From positions 29,583 through 93,582 of the forward strand of contig CALWDY010000027.1 in the NCBI GenBank assembly GCA_944376825.1: a stretch of DNA of 64,000 bases, written 5' to 3'. This document shows, piece by piece, positions 39,179 to 48,121 of this stretch. Origin of the DNA: an uncultured Clostridia bacterium. Its GTDB lineage: Bacteria; Bacillota; Clostridia; Christensenellales; UBA1242. The position numbers and the translations under genes were made by a program. Within the stretch, counting starts at the first letter, position 1. Every line of letters starts with the position of its first letter. The notes below the pieces were generated by a model. The model was not told where the DNA came from. It was given only the letters and a program-made list of their open reading frames with translations, and did no database searches.

Positions 39179-42100
39179 TGTCTTCTCCTTTTAATTTATT
39201 TGGCAAACAGTAGAGTGTTTGCTGTTGATTTTTTATTTCAAACTTCAACGAAATTTTTATATCATTTATATCAATATCCGTTAATGTTGTATCTTTGTCA
39301 TAAACCATGTAAGTTTCTGTTATTTCGCTGGTACCAGTAACTGTAACAACTACATTTATTTCGTATTGTTCGCTTATTTGAAGTGTTCTTATAAAACCAT
39401 TTTCATCAATTGTATAGGTTAAATTGCAATAGTTAAATTTTGATGGCGTTTGACCACTGAGTGCTGACATTTGTTTTATATAGTTTGATACCGCAGTACT
39501 TGGATTTAAAACAAAAGTAAATATTGTGTTTGTTCCATTTTTTGCTAGTCCATTAATGCTTTTAATTGTTGATTTGTTAATTGTGTAAGCAAAATGATCG
39601 TATGGATACAAACCATAAATTGATTTATAATTTTCAGGTGTTGTATCGGTAAAGTTTCCATATGTTGCTTCATAATTTGAATTAACATCTTTAACCTGTT
39701 GATACTTAGTTTCTCCTGTATTGTTATTGTAATATGTTAAAAGTGATACTCTTGGATCAACTCCTGCCACCTTTTCACCATAATTTAATTTTTCAGTTAA
39801 AGTTATTCCGTTTGAATCTGTTTTCCTTATTCCTCTAACCTGCTGAGTTCCTCCCATAGTCAAGTTTACAGTTCCCACAATATTAACATATGAACTATTT
39901 GCTTCTCTTAAAAGTTGATATCCTTTTTGGAAAACAAAATATGTATAATCTACTGATGGAATAACAAAATTATGTAAAGTTTCATCTACAACCTGAACAC
40001 TAGAAGTTTCAAGCGATTCACAATTTAAGTACGATAATGTACCTTTAATAATGTTTGTGCCAACTAAACCACTTAAAACAAAATCTCCGTTTGAATTTGT
40101 ATAAACATAATTATTTCCTGCCGTTATCTTCATACCGATAACAGGAACATTGCTTCCTTCAACTGTAACTCTACCACTTATTTTATACGATTTTTGAATT
40201 GCAATGGAAATTGCACTTGGAGATTTTACTCCAATTATTTGTGGATTAAATACAAATCCATCTTTTTCAAAAGAAAGATAAACTTGTCCACTAACATTTT
40301 TCAAAATATAATTTGATGATGATATTGTGTGAATTTGATTTTCAATTCCATTTTGCTGTACTGTAAGAATTATATTTGAATACTCTGTTATTCCACTGAA
40401 ATTTATTGAAATATTGTAAGTTAAATTAATATTTTCATTTTCGGCAAAATCACTGTAAGTTTTTGATACAGAATTATAACCTGACTTTATAAATTCCACT
40501 TGACTGTTTGCATCCAAATTATTAAGTTCAAAATATCCACTTTCATTTGTGATTGTTTCATTATCGCCACATCTAACAATAACATCACCAAGTGCAATTT
40601 CGTTTGAATTTACATAACCACAAATTGTAAACATTGCTTCAAAATCTATTTGCTTGCTTATGTTGTAATTCAATCCCCCCCTAAATGAATATCCTCTTTT
40701 TTCTATAAGCAAAGTTCCCGAGCCAACTAAATTATCAAAAGAGTAAAATCCATTTTCATCCGTTAAAATGCTTTGACTTTGAGTTGAAACCATAACCCCT
40801 TGCATTTTAACGCCATTAAACGAAACATAACCGTATATCCTATATGAAGCATTTACATCATAATTTTGTGGAGCTATAACATTATAAGAAGAAAATTTAT
40901 AACCGTCTTTTTCAAACGACAACGACTTTTCACCTTCAATATTACTTATTTGAAACTGACCTAAATTATTTGTAAAATATTCTTCTTCACCTAAAATTAT
41001 TTTTACATTATCAAGTAATACATCGTTTGATTTAATCGTCCCACTAATAGTATAACTTGCACTTATTATTTGATTTTCAAAACTATTTATATCAAAATTT
41101 TTTAAATCAAAAGCATAACCTTCTTTTGAACATAAAATATTCGCCTCATCATTATATAACACAAAAGAAAATTCACCTTGACTGTTAGTTAAATATTCTT
41201 CATCACCTACACAAACTAAAACATTACTTACAAATAAACTTCCACTTTTTATAGTCCCTTGAATGATTTTTCCAGCATTAATAGTTAAATTATCATAACC
41301 ACTAATAAGTGTGGCATCTTCAAATTGAAATCCTGTTTTATTTAAATATAAAAAATTTTCGCCACTAAGATTATTAATTTTAAAATATCCATTTTCATTT
41401 GTTTGGGTTATTATTTCACCAACTCTTATGTCTACATTGTTTAATTTTGTGTTTCCCCAAGTTACATAACCCTCCACAAAGTAAGATGCTTCAAAATTTA
41501 TATCTTTTCTTTCATTATCATCACTCGTAACAAAAATGCTTGCTGGCAAAAATGTATATCCTTGCTTAAATGCTAACAATTCACAATCATTTTTTAGTAA
41601 ATTAAAATAGTAATACCCCTTTTCATTTGTTGTAACCGTTTGTTCGCCCGCTGTAATTGTAACGCCACTAACAGGATTACCGTTTGACATAACAAAGCCA
41701 CCAAGTTCAAAACCATTTAACACAAAATCATATTGCCCACCAAATGTAACATCGTATGATGTTGGTCTTAGTTTCAACCCATCTTCATTTTCATAAAATA
41801 GTATATTTTTACCTTCAATATCAATAAATTCAAAATATCCTAAATTGTTAGTAAGTATTTGTTGTGATATATTTGTTTGATAGTTTGTAACAAAAATTTT
41901 TGTGTTTGCTAATGGAGTTTCTTCACTAATTGCGTACCCAAAAACTTTATATTTGACATTTATTACAACATTTTGTGTATTCTCATTAACAACAACACTG
42001 CTTGTTGTGGTGATACAATCATGATTGCAAGACAAAGTATTTGTTCCTTGAAGATTGAAAATTTCAAAGAAACCTTGACTATTTGTAAATGTACTATTTT

Positions 42101-43814
42101 CATTATAGGAAACTTCAACATTTGGCATAACGATGTTTTGACTATACACATAACCTGAAACATTATAAGTCAAATTAATTTGTTGATTATTGTTATTATA
42201 ATTTGCTTCAATATTTAAAGGATTGTAACCTTCACACAAAATGCTAAAAATTTGCGTTCCGTGCAAATTATTTATTGCTATTATTCCATCTTGATTAGTT
42301 GTGAATTGTTTGTCATTTATTGTAATATTTTTGTTTTTTAAAATTATTTCTCCTGTTTTTATAACTGCACTAAATGAATAAACTTTTTCCATTTTTACGG
42401 TGTAAATTAGTTGACTTTCATTTAATGTAATAGAATTACAATAATAACCATTCAAAATAAACTCACAACAATAATCATCAAACAAATTTATTAGTTTAAT
42501 TTGTCCGAGATCATCGGTAACATAACTATTTGAGTTTACAAAAATTTCAGTGTTTTTTAGCAATTCGCCATCATCATCAATAAATTTTATAGTAGCATCA
42601 TAAAATTTGTAAGCATCAACAATAAAGTTTTGATTTGGTTCACTTACAATAACTTTATCGGGCATAAACTTATAACCTTCAAGACTAAATGCTATTGTTT
42701 CACCTAATATAATTTTGTTTAAGTTAAATTCACCATCAGCACTTGATATTACATTATTTTTTCCATAAGATACCAAAACATTTTCTAGTGGTTTGTTTTT
42801 TGTTAAAATGTTTCCACAAACTTCTGTATAGCCAATTATGTTTAATTTTGTGTTATTTTCATCGCAACTTATTTTGTCAAAATAAAAGTCTGTGTGTGAT
42901 ATTTCTATTTCATTATCACCATATAGATTATCCAGTGCAAATTCCCCATTTTCATTTGTTAGAGTTTCTTTGTCTAAAACTTTAATAGTTGCATTTTGTA
43001 TTGGATAATCACCACTTTTTACACAACCATCTATTGAATAAATTTTATAAGCCCTAACTAAAAGATTTTCATTTTCTTTTTCTATGGTAAACTCACCAGG
43101 GATAAATTTTAAATTATTATTTATTAGTTTAATTTTTGAACCCAGTTTTAAATTTTTTAAAACAGCGTTTGTTTGACCAAAACTTTCTGCATTCCCATCG
43201 ATTTCAATTTGAGTTTCATTAATAAAATCGTTTGAAAGTCCAACATAATCAATATTTAAATTAGCACTGGTAGTTGCATTAATTTCTATATTGTTGCAAT
43301 TAGTATAATCACAGTTTACATCAAAAAACAAAAAGCCGTTTTTTTCAGCTGTTAATGTTGCTGGACCAGCAACATTATATATAACAAATTCTCCATTTTC
43401 ATTTGTAACAGTGTATCCACCTTTTATTGCTGATGCATATACCATTACACTATTGACACCCACATCTTCACTTTTTACTTTTCCAGAAATTGTATAATAT
43501 CTATATGCTGTAAAATTTGCATTTTCAGTTGCCGAAAAAAATGTTTGCGTTGAATTTTCAAACACATATCCATCTTTATTTGCTTCAATAGTTATTCCTG
43601 TTGAAATTTGATTAAAGCAAAAATAACCATTTTCATCTGTTGTGACATTTCCCGCTTCGGATGAAAGTAAAACACCTTCAACCCCTTTTCCATCTTCTAA
43701 AACATATCCTGATATGTTAAATGTAGCAGGAGGAGTTTCTCCGCACGCACAAAACAAACAAAATCCGCATAATAAAACACTTAGTACTGCGATAATCTTA
43801 TGTAAATTTTTCAT
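39171..43814 (-). CDS. Giant secreted (possibly lipid-anchored) protein with about 16 carboxypeptidase-regulatory-like beta-sandwich repeats and a unique C-terminal module
   Basis: 1547 aa. The N-terminus LSVLLCGFCLFCAC is signal/lipobox-like. A roughly 85-aa unit recurs: ISGYV...G.pv.gV.V.....T(D/N)(E/S)(N/Q)G.F.(F/I).NL.G...L...K.GY.F. The stop overlaps the next gene's start as ATGAATAA. Confidence 0.75.
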   Translation of the reverse strand: MKNLHKIIAVLSVLLCGFCLFCACGETPPATFNISGYVLEDGKGVEGVLLSSEAGNVTTDENGYFCFNQISTGITIEANKDGYVFENSTQTFFSATENANFTAYRYYTISGKVKSEDVGVNSVMVYASAIKGGYTVTNENGEFVIYNVAGPATLTAEKNGFLFFDVNCDYTNCNNIEINATTSANLNIDYVGLSNDFINETQIEIDGNAESFGQTNAVLKNLKLGSKIKLINNNLKFIPGEFTIEKENENLLVRAYKIYSIDGCVKSGDYPIQNATIKVLDKETLTNENGEFALDNLYGDNEIEISHTDFYFDKISCDENNTKLNIIGYTEVCGNILTKNKPLENVLVSYGKNNVISSADGEFNLNKIILGETIAFSLEGYKFMPDKVIVSEPNQNFIVDAYKFYDATIKFIDDDGELLKNTEIFVNSNSYVTDDLGQIKLINLFDDYCCEFILNGYYCNSITLNESQLIYTVKMEKVYSFSAVIKTGEIILKNKNITINDKQFTTNQDGIIAINNLHGTQIFSILCEGYNPLNIEANYNNNNQQINLTYNVSGYVYSQNIVMPNVEVSYNENSTFTNSQGFFEIFNLQGTNTLSCNHDCITTTSSVVVNENTQNVVINVKYKVFGYAISEETPLANTKIFVTNYQTNISQQILTNNLGYFEFIDIEGKNILFYENEDGLKLRPTSYDVTFGGQYDFVLNGFELGGFVMSNGNPVSGVTITAGEQTVTTNEKGYYYFNLLKNDCELLAFKQGYTFLPASIFVTSDDNERKDINFEASYFVEGYVTWGNTKLNNVDIRVGEIITQTNENGYFKINNLSGENFLYLNKTGFQFEDATLISGYDNLTINAGKIIQGTIKSGSLFVSNVLVCVGDEEYLTNSQGEFSFVLYNDEANILCSKEGYAFDLKNFDINSFENQIISASYTISGTIKSNDVLLDNVKIILGEEEYFTNNLGQFQISNIEGEKSLSFEKDGYKFSSYNVIAPQNYDVNASYRIYGYVSFNGVKMQGVMVSTQSQSILTDENGFYSFDNLVGSGTLLIEKRGYSFRGGLNYNISKQIDFEAMFTICGYVNSNEIALGDVIVRCGDNETITNESGYFELNNLDANSQVEFIKSGYNSVSKTYSDFAENENINLTYNISINFSGITEYSNIILTVQQNGIENQIHTISSSNYILKNVSGQVYLSFEKDGFVFNPQIIGVKSPSAISIAIQKSYKISGRVTVEGSNVPVIGMKITAGNNYVYTNSNGDFVLSGLVGTNIIKGTLSYLNCESLETSSVQVVDETLHNFVIPSVDYTYFVFQKGYQLLREANSSYVNIVGTVNLTMGGTQQVRGIRKTDSNGITLTEKLNYGEKVAGVDPRVSLLTYYNNNTGETKYQQVKDVNSNYEATYGNFTDTTPENYKSIYGLYPYDHFAYTINKSTIKSINGLAKNGTNTIFTFVLNPSTAVSNYIKQMSALSGQTPSKFNYCNLTYTIDENGFIRTLQISEQYEINVVVTVTGTSEITETYMVYDKDTTLTDIDINDIKISLKFEIKNQQQTLYCLPNKLKGEDNE

Positions 43815-43908
43815 ATATCTATATCTCTAACAGCATTTGCTGTGTAACTTTTATTTAAATTTAATTTATTTTATATATATATAAAATAATTGTAAAGCAT
43901 ATGAACAT

Positions 43909-43937
43909 ATATTAGCACAAATTTATGATTTTGTAAA
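43909..43937 (-). promoter_or_regulatory. Sigma-A promoter for the two-gene surface-protein operon
   Basis: The minus strand reads TTTACA, a 17-nt spacer, then TAATAT with an extended -10 (TGcTAATAT). Confidence 0.5.
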
Positions 43938-43940
43938 CAT

Positions 43941-43968
43941 AAAAAAATAATCTCTTGCGAGATTATTT
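43941..43968 (-). terminator. Rho-independent terminator after yloV
   Basis: The minus strand reads AAATAATCTC-GCAA-GAGATTATTT followed by a T-run. Confidence 0.6.
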
Positions 43969-45605
43969 TATTCCATTGATATAATATAGTAATAAACAGG
44001 TTGTCCACCATCAATCACGGTTATTTCACAATCTGGATATTTTTGAGAAAGCACTTCTTTTAATTTTTCTGCCTCTTCTTGTTTAACGTCTTCACCATAA
44101 AAAAGAGTAATGCTAACCATGCTTTCATCAATCATTTTTGCAATCAAATCCTCTGTTGTAGGATTAACCAAATTGCCTTTTGCAAGAATTGCTTTATCGT
44201 CAAGCCCAATAACTTCTCCAACAGAAAGGTCAAACCCATCCACATGTGTCGCCCTAACTGCATAAGTTACTGATGCACTTTTAACATTTGTATACGCACC
44301 ACTCATGTTTGCTGAATTTTCTTCAACAGTTGCTTCTGGATTAAATGCTAGCGATGCAGAAATACCCTCTGGAATGCTTCTTGTAGGAATAACAATAAGA
44401 TTTTTTGTTGTTAAACCTTTGGCTTGCTCTGCTGCAAGTATAATATTTTTGTTATTAGGAAAAACAAAAACTGTTTTTGCAGGAACCTTATCAACTGCTT
44501 GAGCAATGTCAGCAGCACTAGGGTTCATTGTTTGTCCACCTTGAATTATTTCATCTATCATAAGATCTTTCATAAGTTCTGCAATTCCTTTGCCAGGTGC
44601 GACAGAAACCATACCCATTTCTTTTAGTTCTTCTTGTTTTTGACCTGCTTTCTTTTTGAGTTCGCGGTTTTGTTCTCTCATGTTCTCAATTTTTAAATTG
44701 TACAATTCTCCAAGTTCCAAAGCATAACCTAAAGCTAAGTTTGGTTGATTTGTATGAACATGAACCTTTACTAAAAGCAAATCGCCTATACACAACACAG
44801 AATCACCAATTTGCATAAGTTTTTCTTTAAGTTTTTCAATGTCAGCTTCGGTTGTCTTTTTGTGCATATTAATAATCATATACTCTGTACAATATCCAAA
44901 TTCAATGTCTGCAAGATTATTAATGTCAGCTATAACATCATCAGCTGTTTGAATAGGTTGTCCATCTTCAAAAACTGTATTAAAATCTTCTTCTCCAATA
45001 AGTGCTTTATAAAAGCCAGTAAAAATTACAATAATGCCCCTTCCACCAGCATCAACAACTCCTGCCTTTTTAAGAACAGGCAACATTTCTGGGGTTTGTT
45101 GTAAAATTTCTTCACCTTTGTCTATCACTTGTTTTAAAAAATCTTCTAAATCGGATGTTCTTTTTGCAATTTCAACAGCTTGCTCACCCATGGTACGAAT
45201 AATTGTAAGAATTGTTCCCTCTTTTGGTTTGGTAACAGCCTTATATGCAACTTTACTACCTTCCACAATTGCTTTTGCAAAAATTTTTGTTGTTATGTTT
45301 TCAACACCAGAAAGAACCGATGTCATACCCTTTACAATTTGTGAAGTTATAACACCCGAATTTCCTCTTGCACCTCTTAGTGCACCCTTTGCAAATGCTT
45401 CGCACAAATTTTGAAGAGAATTGTCTGGACAATTATTAACTTCATTTCCAGCTGATTTCATAGTTAAAAACATGTTTGTACCCGTATCGCCATCAGGAAC
45501 AGGAAAAACATTTAAAGAATCTACTAGTTGTTTATTTTGATCAAGAAGCGCAACTCCCCCAAGCACCATTTTTCTAAAAGTTGCACCATTTATTGCCTTT
45601 TGCAT
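43968..45605 (-). CDS. yloV: DAK2 domain-containing protein YloV
   Basis: 545 aa with LN.LNVFPVPDGDTGTNM. It is paired with the upstream Asp23 gene and is divergent from rpmB. Confidence 0.9.
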   Translation of the reverse strand: MQKAINGATFRKMVLGGVALLDQNKQLVDSLNVFPVPDGDTGTNMFLTMKSAGNEVNNCPDNSLQNLCEAFAKGALRGARGNSGVITSQIVKGMTSVLSGVENITTKIFAKAIVEGSKVAYKAVTKPKEGTILTIIRTMGEQAVEIAKRTSDLEDFLKQVIDKGEEILQQTPEMLPVLKKAGVVDAGGRGIIVIFTGFYKALIGEEDFNTVFEDGQPIQTADDVIADINNLADIEFGYCTEYMIINMHKKTTEADIEKLKEKLMQIGDSVLCIGDLLLVKVHVHTNQPNLALGYALELGELYNLKIENMREQNRELKKKAGQKQEELKEMGMVSVAPGKGIAELMKDLMIDEIIQGGQTMNPSAADIAQAVDKVPAKTVFVFPNNKNIILAAEQAKGLTTKNLIVIPTRSIPEGISASLAFNPEATVEENSANMSGAYTNVKSASVTYAVRATHVDGFDLSVGEVIGLDDKAILAKGNLVNPTTEDLIAKMIDESMVSITLFYGEDVKQEEAEKLKEVLSQKYPDCEITVIDGGQPVYYYIISME

Positions 45606-45614
45606 TATTTACTC

Positions 45615-45965
45615 CTAAACTCTTACACCGACAACATGAATGTTTACAGTATCAACTATCATACCTGTAAATTTTTCTACGCTAAACTTTATTGTCTTTT
45701 TTAAACTTTCTGCAACAGCGCTGACTGAAATACCGTATTTTAAAATACAGTAAATGTCGATGAATATTCTATTTTCTACATTATTTATCTTTATTCCACG
45801 GGAATAAGGTTGTTTTACTAAAAGTTCACGAATTCCATCTTTAAGGTTTTTTGACACCAAATCTACAACCCCATACGAATCAAGAGTAGCAAAACCAGCA
45901 ACAGTAGCAATTGCTTCGTCCGATATTGTAATCTTGCCATAGAAATTGTTTGTTTCGACAGACAT
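45615..45965 (-). CDS. yloU: Asp23/Gls24 family protein (YloU-like)
   Basis: MSVETNNFYGKITISDEAIATVAGFATLDSYGVVDL... NIHVVGV. The start is taken at the internal ATG at 45965; the ORF track extends the ORF to 46037. Confidence 0.85.
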   Translation of the reverse strand: MSVETNNFYGKITISDEAIATVAGFATLDSYGVVDLVSKNLKDGIRELLVKQPYSRGIKINNVENRIFIDIYCILKYGISVSAVAESLKKTIKFSVEKFTGMIVDTVNIHVVGVRV

Positions 45966-46062
45966 CTTCCCTCCATATAACAAATTCGCAAAATAAATAT
46001 ACAATAAAAAAAACTTTTCTTCAAGTATTTTTAACATTTTTTTAAAAAATCACATAAAACTC

Positions 46063-46091
46063 TTGATTTGTTTTTAAAAAAATGCTAGTAT
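46063..46091 (+). promoter_or_regulatory. Sigma-A promoter for rpmB
   Basis: TTGATT, a 17-nt spacer, then TAGTAT with an extended -10 (TGcTAGTAT). Confidence 0.5.
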
Positions 46092-46131
46092 GTGTGTTGT
46101 AAAAATTAAAAATATTCTAACGGAGGATACA

Positions 46132-46314
46132 ATGAGCAGAGTATGTGAAATATGTGGAAAAGGCAAAATGGCAGGACACAATGTAAGCCACAGCAATCGT
46201 AAATCAAACCGTACTTATGAAGTTAATTTACAAAAAACAACAATGGTTGTAGACGGAAAAGAACAAAAAGTTAAGGCTTGCACAAAATGTATTAAAACAG
46301 CAAAAAAAGTTTAA
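46132..46314 (+). CDS. rpmB: 50S ribosomal protein L28
   Basis: MSRVCEICGKGKMAGHNVSHSNRKSNRTYEVNLQK. A GGAGGA RBS at 46123-46128 precedes the ATG at 46132. The ORF track starts earlier, at 46090. Confidence 0.95.
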   Translation: MSRVCEICGKGKMAGHNVSHSNRKSNRTYEVNLQKTTMVVDGKEQKVKACTKCIKTAKKV

Positions 46315-46333
46315 AACAAATATAAATATAATT

Positions 46334-46357
46334 ACTCACCTGTTGGTGAGTTTTTTA
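46334..46357 (+). terminator. Rho-independent terminator after rpmB
   Basis: ACTCACC-TGTT-GGTGAGT followed by a T6 run. Confidence 0.75.
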
Positions 46358-46407
46358 ATTTATTAAACATTGACTTTTATATACTCAATATGTAACATTT
46401 TGTTATG

Positions 46408-46488
46408 TTATTTTATAATTATTCTTCTGCAAATGAGTTTTAAAATCCCAGATAAAAACTTTGGTGCTTTGACACATATTATTTTCAT
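46408..46488 (-). CDS. spoVM: Stage V sporulation protein M (26-aa amphipathic spore-coat morphogenetic peptide)
   Basis: Absent from the ORF track because it is too short. A GGAG RBS lies 7 nt upstream of the ATG at 46488. The peptide is MKIICVKAPKFLSGILKLICRRIIIK, against B. subtilis SpoVM MKFYTIKLPKFLGGIVRAMLGSFRKD. The two have the same length and share the K.PKFL.GI core. It has the same genomic slot, between rpe and rpmB. Confidence 0.75.
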   Translation of the reverse strand: MKIICVKAPKFLSGILKLICRRIIIK

Positions 46489-46506
46489 ATTTTTTCTCCT
46501 TGTATA

Positions 46507-46514
46507 ATAGTATG
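46507..46514 (-). promoter_or_regulatory. Sigma-E-like -10 element upstream of spoVM
   Basis: The minus strand reads CATACTAT, against the sigma-E -10 consensus CATACA-T, about 20 nt upstream of the spoVM RBS. The -35 is not convincing. Confidence 0.3.
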
Positions 46515-46535
46515 CCATTTACATTTTAAAAGTGA

Positions 46536-47192
46536 TTATCTTAAACTACTTATTGCCACTTGTCTATTTTCGCTTGAAAAAACATAACTCCCACTAACGA
46601 TAACGTTGGCGCCTAGCATTTTAAGTCTATGACTTATTTCCGGATTTATCCCTCCATCAACTTCAATTTTTAATCTAATGCCATAATCTATTTTTATTTT
46701 ATTAATTTCACTAACCTTTCCATAAGTTTTCTCAATAAATTTTTGTCCACTTTTACCCGGCTCAACACTCATTATTAAAACAAAATCACAATATCCAATT
46801 ATTGACACAACCTCGCCAATTTCTGTGTTTGGTTTTATACTAAGTCCACTTAATGCCCCCAATTTTCTTATTAATTTTAAATCCCTTATTAATCTATTTT
46901 TTGATTTGTATGCTTCATAATGTACTGTTATTATGTTTGCACCACTTTGTGCAAATTTTTTTATTAGTTTTGTTGGTTTTTCAATCATCAAGTGCACATC
47001 AAGTGGCAAAAGAGTTTTTTCTTTTAAAATTCCTAAAACATCATAAGAAAAAGTTTTATTTTCAACAAACTTTCCATCCATAATATCGCAATGCAATAAA
47101 TCGGCATCGTTTTTTATTTCATCAGCATATTTAATTAGATCTTCAACCGTTTTAACAGGGTCAGTTGAAGGTGCAATCAATAATTTATCCAT
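46536..47192 (-). CDS. rpe: Ribulose-phosphate 3-epimerase
   Basis: IAPS....D...L.........AD.LH.DIMDG.FV.N.TF, VHLM and VDGGIN. Confidence 0.93.
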   Translation of the reverse strand: MDKLLIAPSTDPVKTVEDLIKYADEIKNDADLLHCDIMDGKFVENKTFSYDVLGILKEKTLLPLDVHLMIEKPTKLIKKFAQSGANIITVHYEAYKSKNRLIRDLKLIRKLGALSGLSIKPNTEIGEVVSIIGYCDFVLIMSVEPGKSGQKFIEKTYGKVSEINKIKIDYGIRLKIEVDGGINPEISHRLKMLGANVIVSGSYVFSSENRQVAISSLR

Positions 47193-48081
47193 GCGTTTTC
47201 ACCCACTTTTCTTCTAAAATTTTATATATTTTTCTATATCTTTCATATCTAGATTTATCCAATTTATTATCATTTACAAGTTGTTTAATTTTACAATCAA
47301 CCATAGGTTCGTTATAATGCATACAACTTGAATATTTACATTCGCTTTTAAATTGGTTATAGTCAGGATAATAATATGGCAATTCATAATATGCAATAGG
47401 CAACAATTTTTCGTCTAGTGATGTGAAACCAGAGGTATCTGCAATCATAATATTTTCATGAAAATATATTTCACTATGTCTTGTTGTGTTTTTACCTCTG
47501 TTAATTTTTGTGCTCAGTTCCCCTTCAAGCGCTGTTTCTTTTTTTAGCAACATATTTATTAATGCAGATTTTCCAACTGCCGACTGCCCCGCAAATGCAG
47601 ACACTTTGTTGGTTAAAATTTCTTTAAGTTCACCTATGTTTTTCTTTGTTTTTGCAGAAACAAAAATTATTTTAACAAATTTCTCATAAGAAAAACTTAC
47701 ATACTTATTTTCACTTTCACTTAAATCTTGCTTATTTACAACTATGATTGGTGTTATACCATATGAATATGCAAATAATATAAGTTTATCAACAATCATA
47801 TAATCAGGTTTTGGAACGCTTGAAATAACAATTATAAGTTGGTCCAAATTTGCAATTGGTGGTCTAATTAGAATATTTGTTCTTTCATGAACTTTTTCTA
47901 TCACATACAAATTATTTTGTAGTGATATATCAACAATATCACCAACATAAATTCCACTAGATTTTAATGAACCCCTTGGTTTACACTTAATTGTGTTATT
48001 ATTTACATAAACCCAAAAATCGTCGGCAAGTTTTTTTACAACTCTTCCTTTTAATTCCATATTTCTCCTATTATAATTCAC
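47185..48081 (-). CDS. rsgA: Ribosome small-subunit-dependent GTPase A
   Basis: OB fold, circularly permuted GTPase (NKQDL ... GQSAVGKSALIN) and a C-terminal Zn knuckle (C..C.H..E..C). Confidence 0.92.
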   Translation of the reverse strand: MNYNRRNMELKGRVVKKLADDFWVYVNNNTIKCKPRGSLKSSGIYVGDIVDISLQNNLYVIEKVHERTNILIRPPIANLDQLIIVISSVPKPDYMIVDKLILFAYSYGITPIIVVNKQDLSESENKYVSFSYEKFVKIIFVSAKTKKNIGELKEILTNKVSAFAGQSAVGKSALINMLLKKETALEGELSTKINRGKNTTRHSEIYFHENIMIADTSGFTSLDEKLLPIAYYELPYYYPDYNQFKSECKYSSCMHYNEPMVDCKIKQLVNDNKLDKSRYERYRKIYKILEEKWVKTHG

Positions 48082-48121
48082 GCATAGCGTTACATGTTGC
48101 GTATTTTATTTTTGCATAATA

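Noticed and set aside
43941-43968. Shared arms (AAATAATCTC / GAGATTATTT) between the terminators at 43941-43968 and 57755-57790, as a possible dispersed repeat or mobile element
   Set aside because: Only about 11 nt are shared, the loops differ, and there are no flanking repeats or transposase genes. In AT-rich DNA such similarity between terminator stems is expected by chance.
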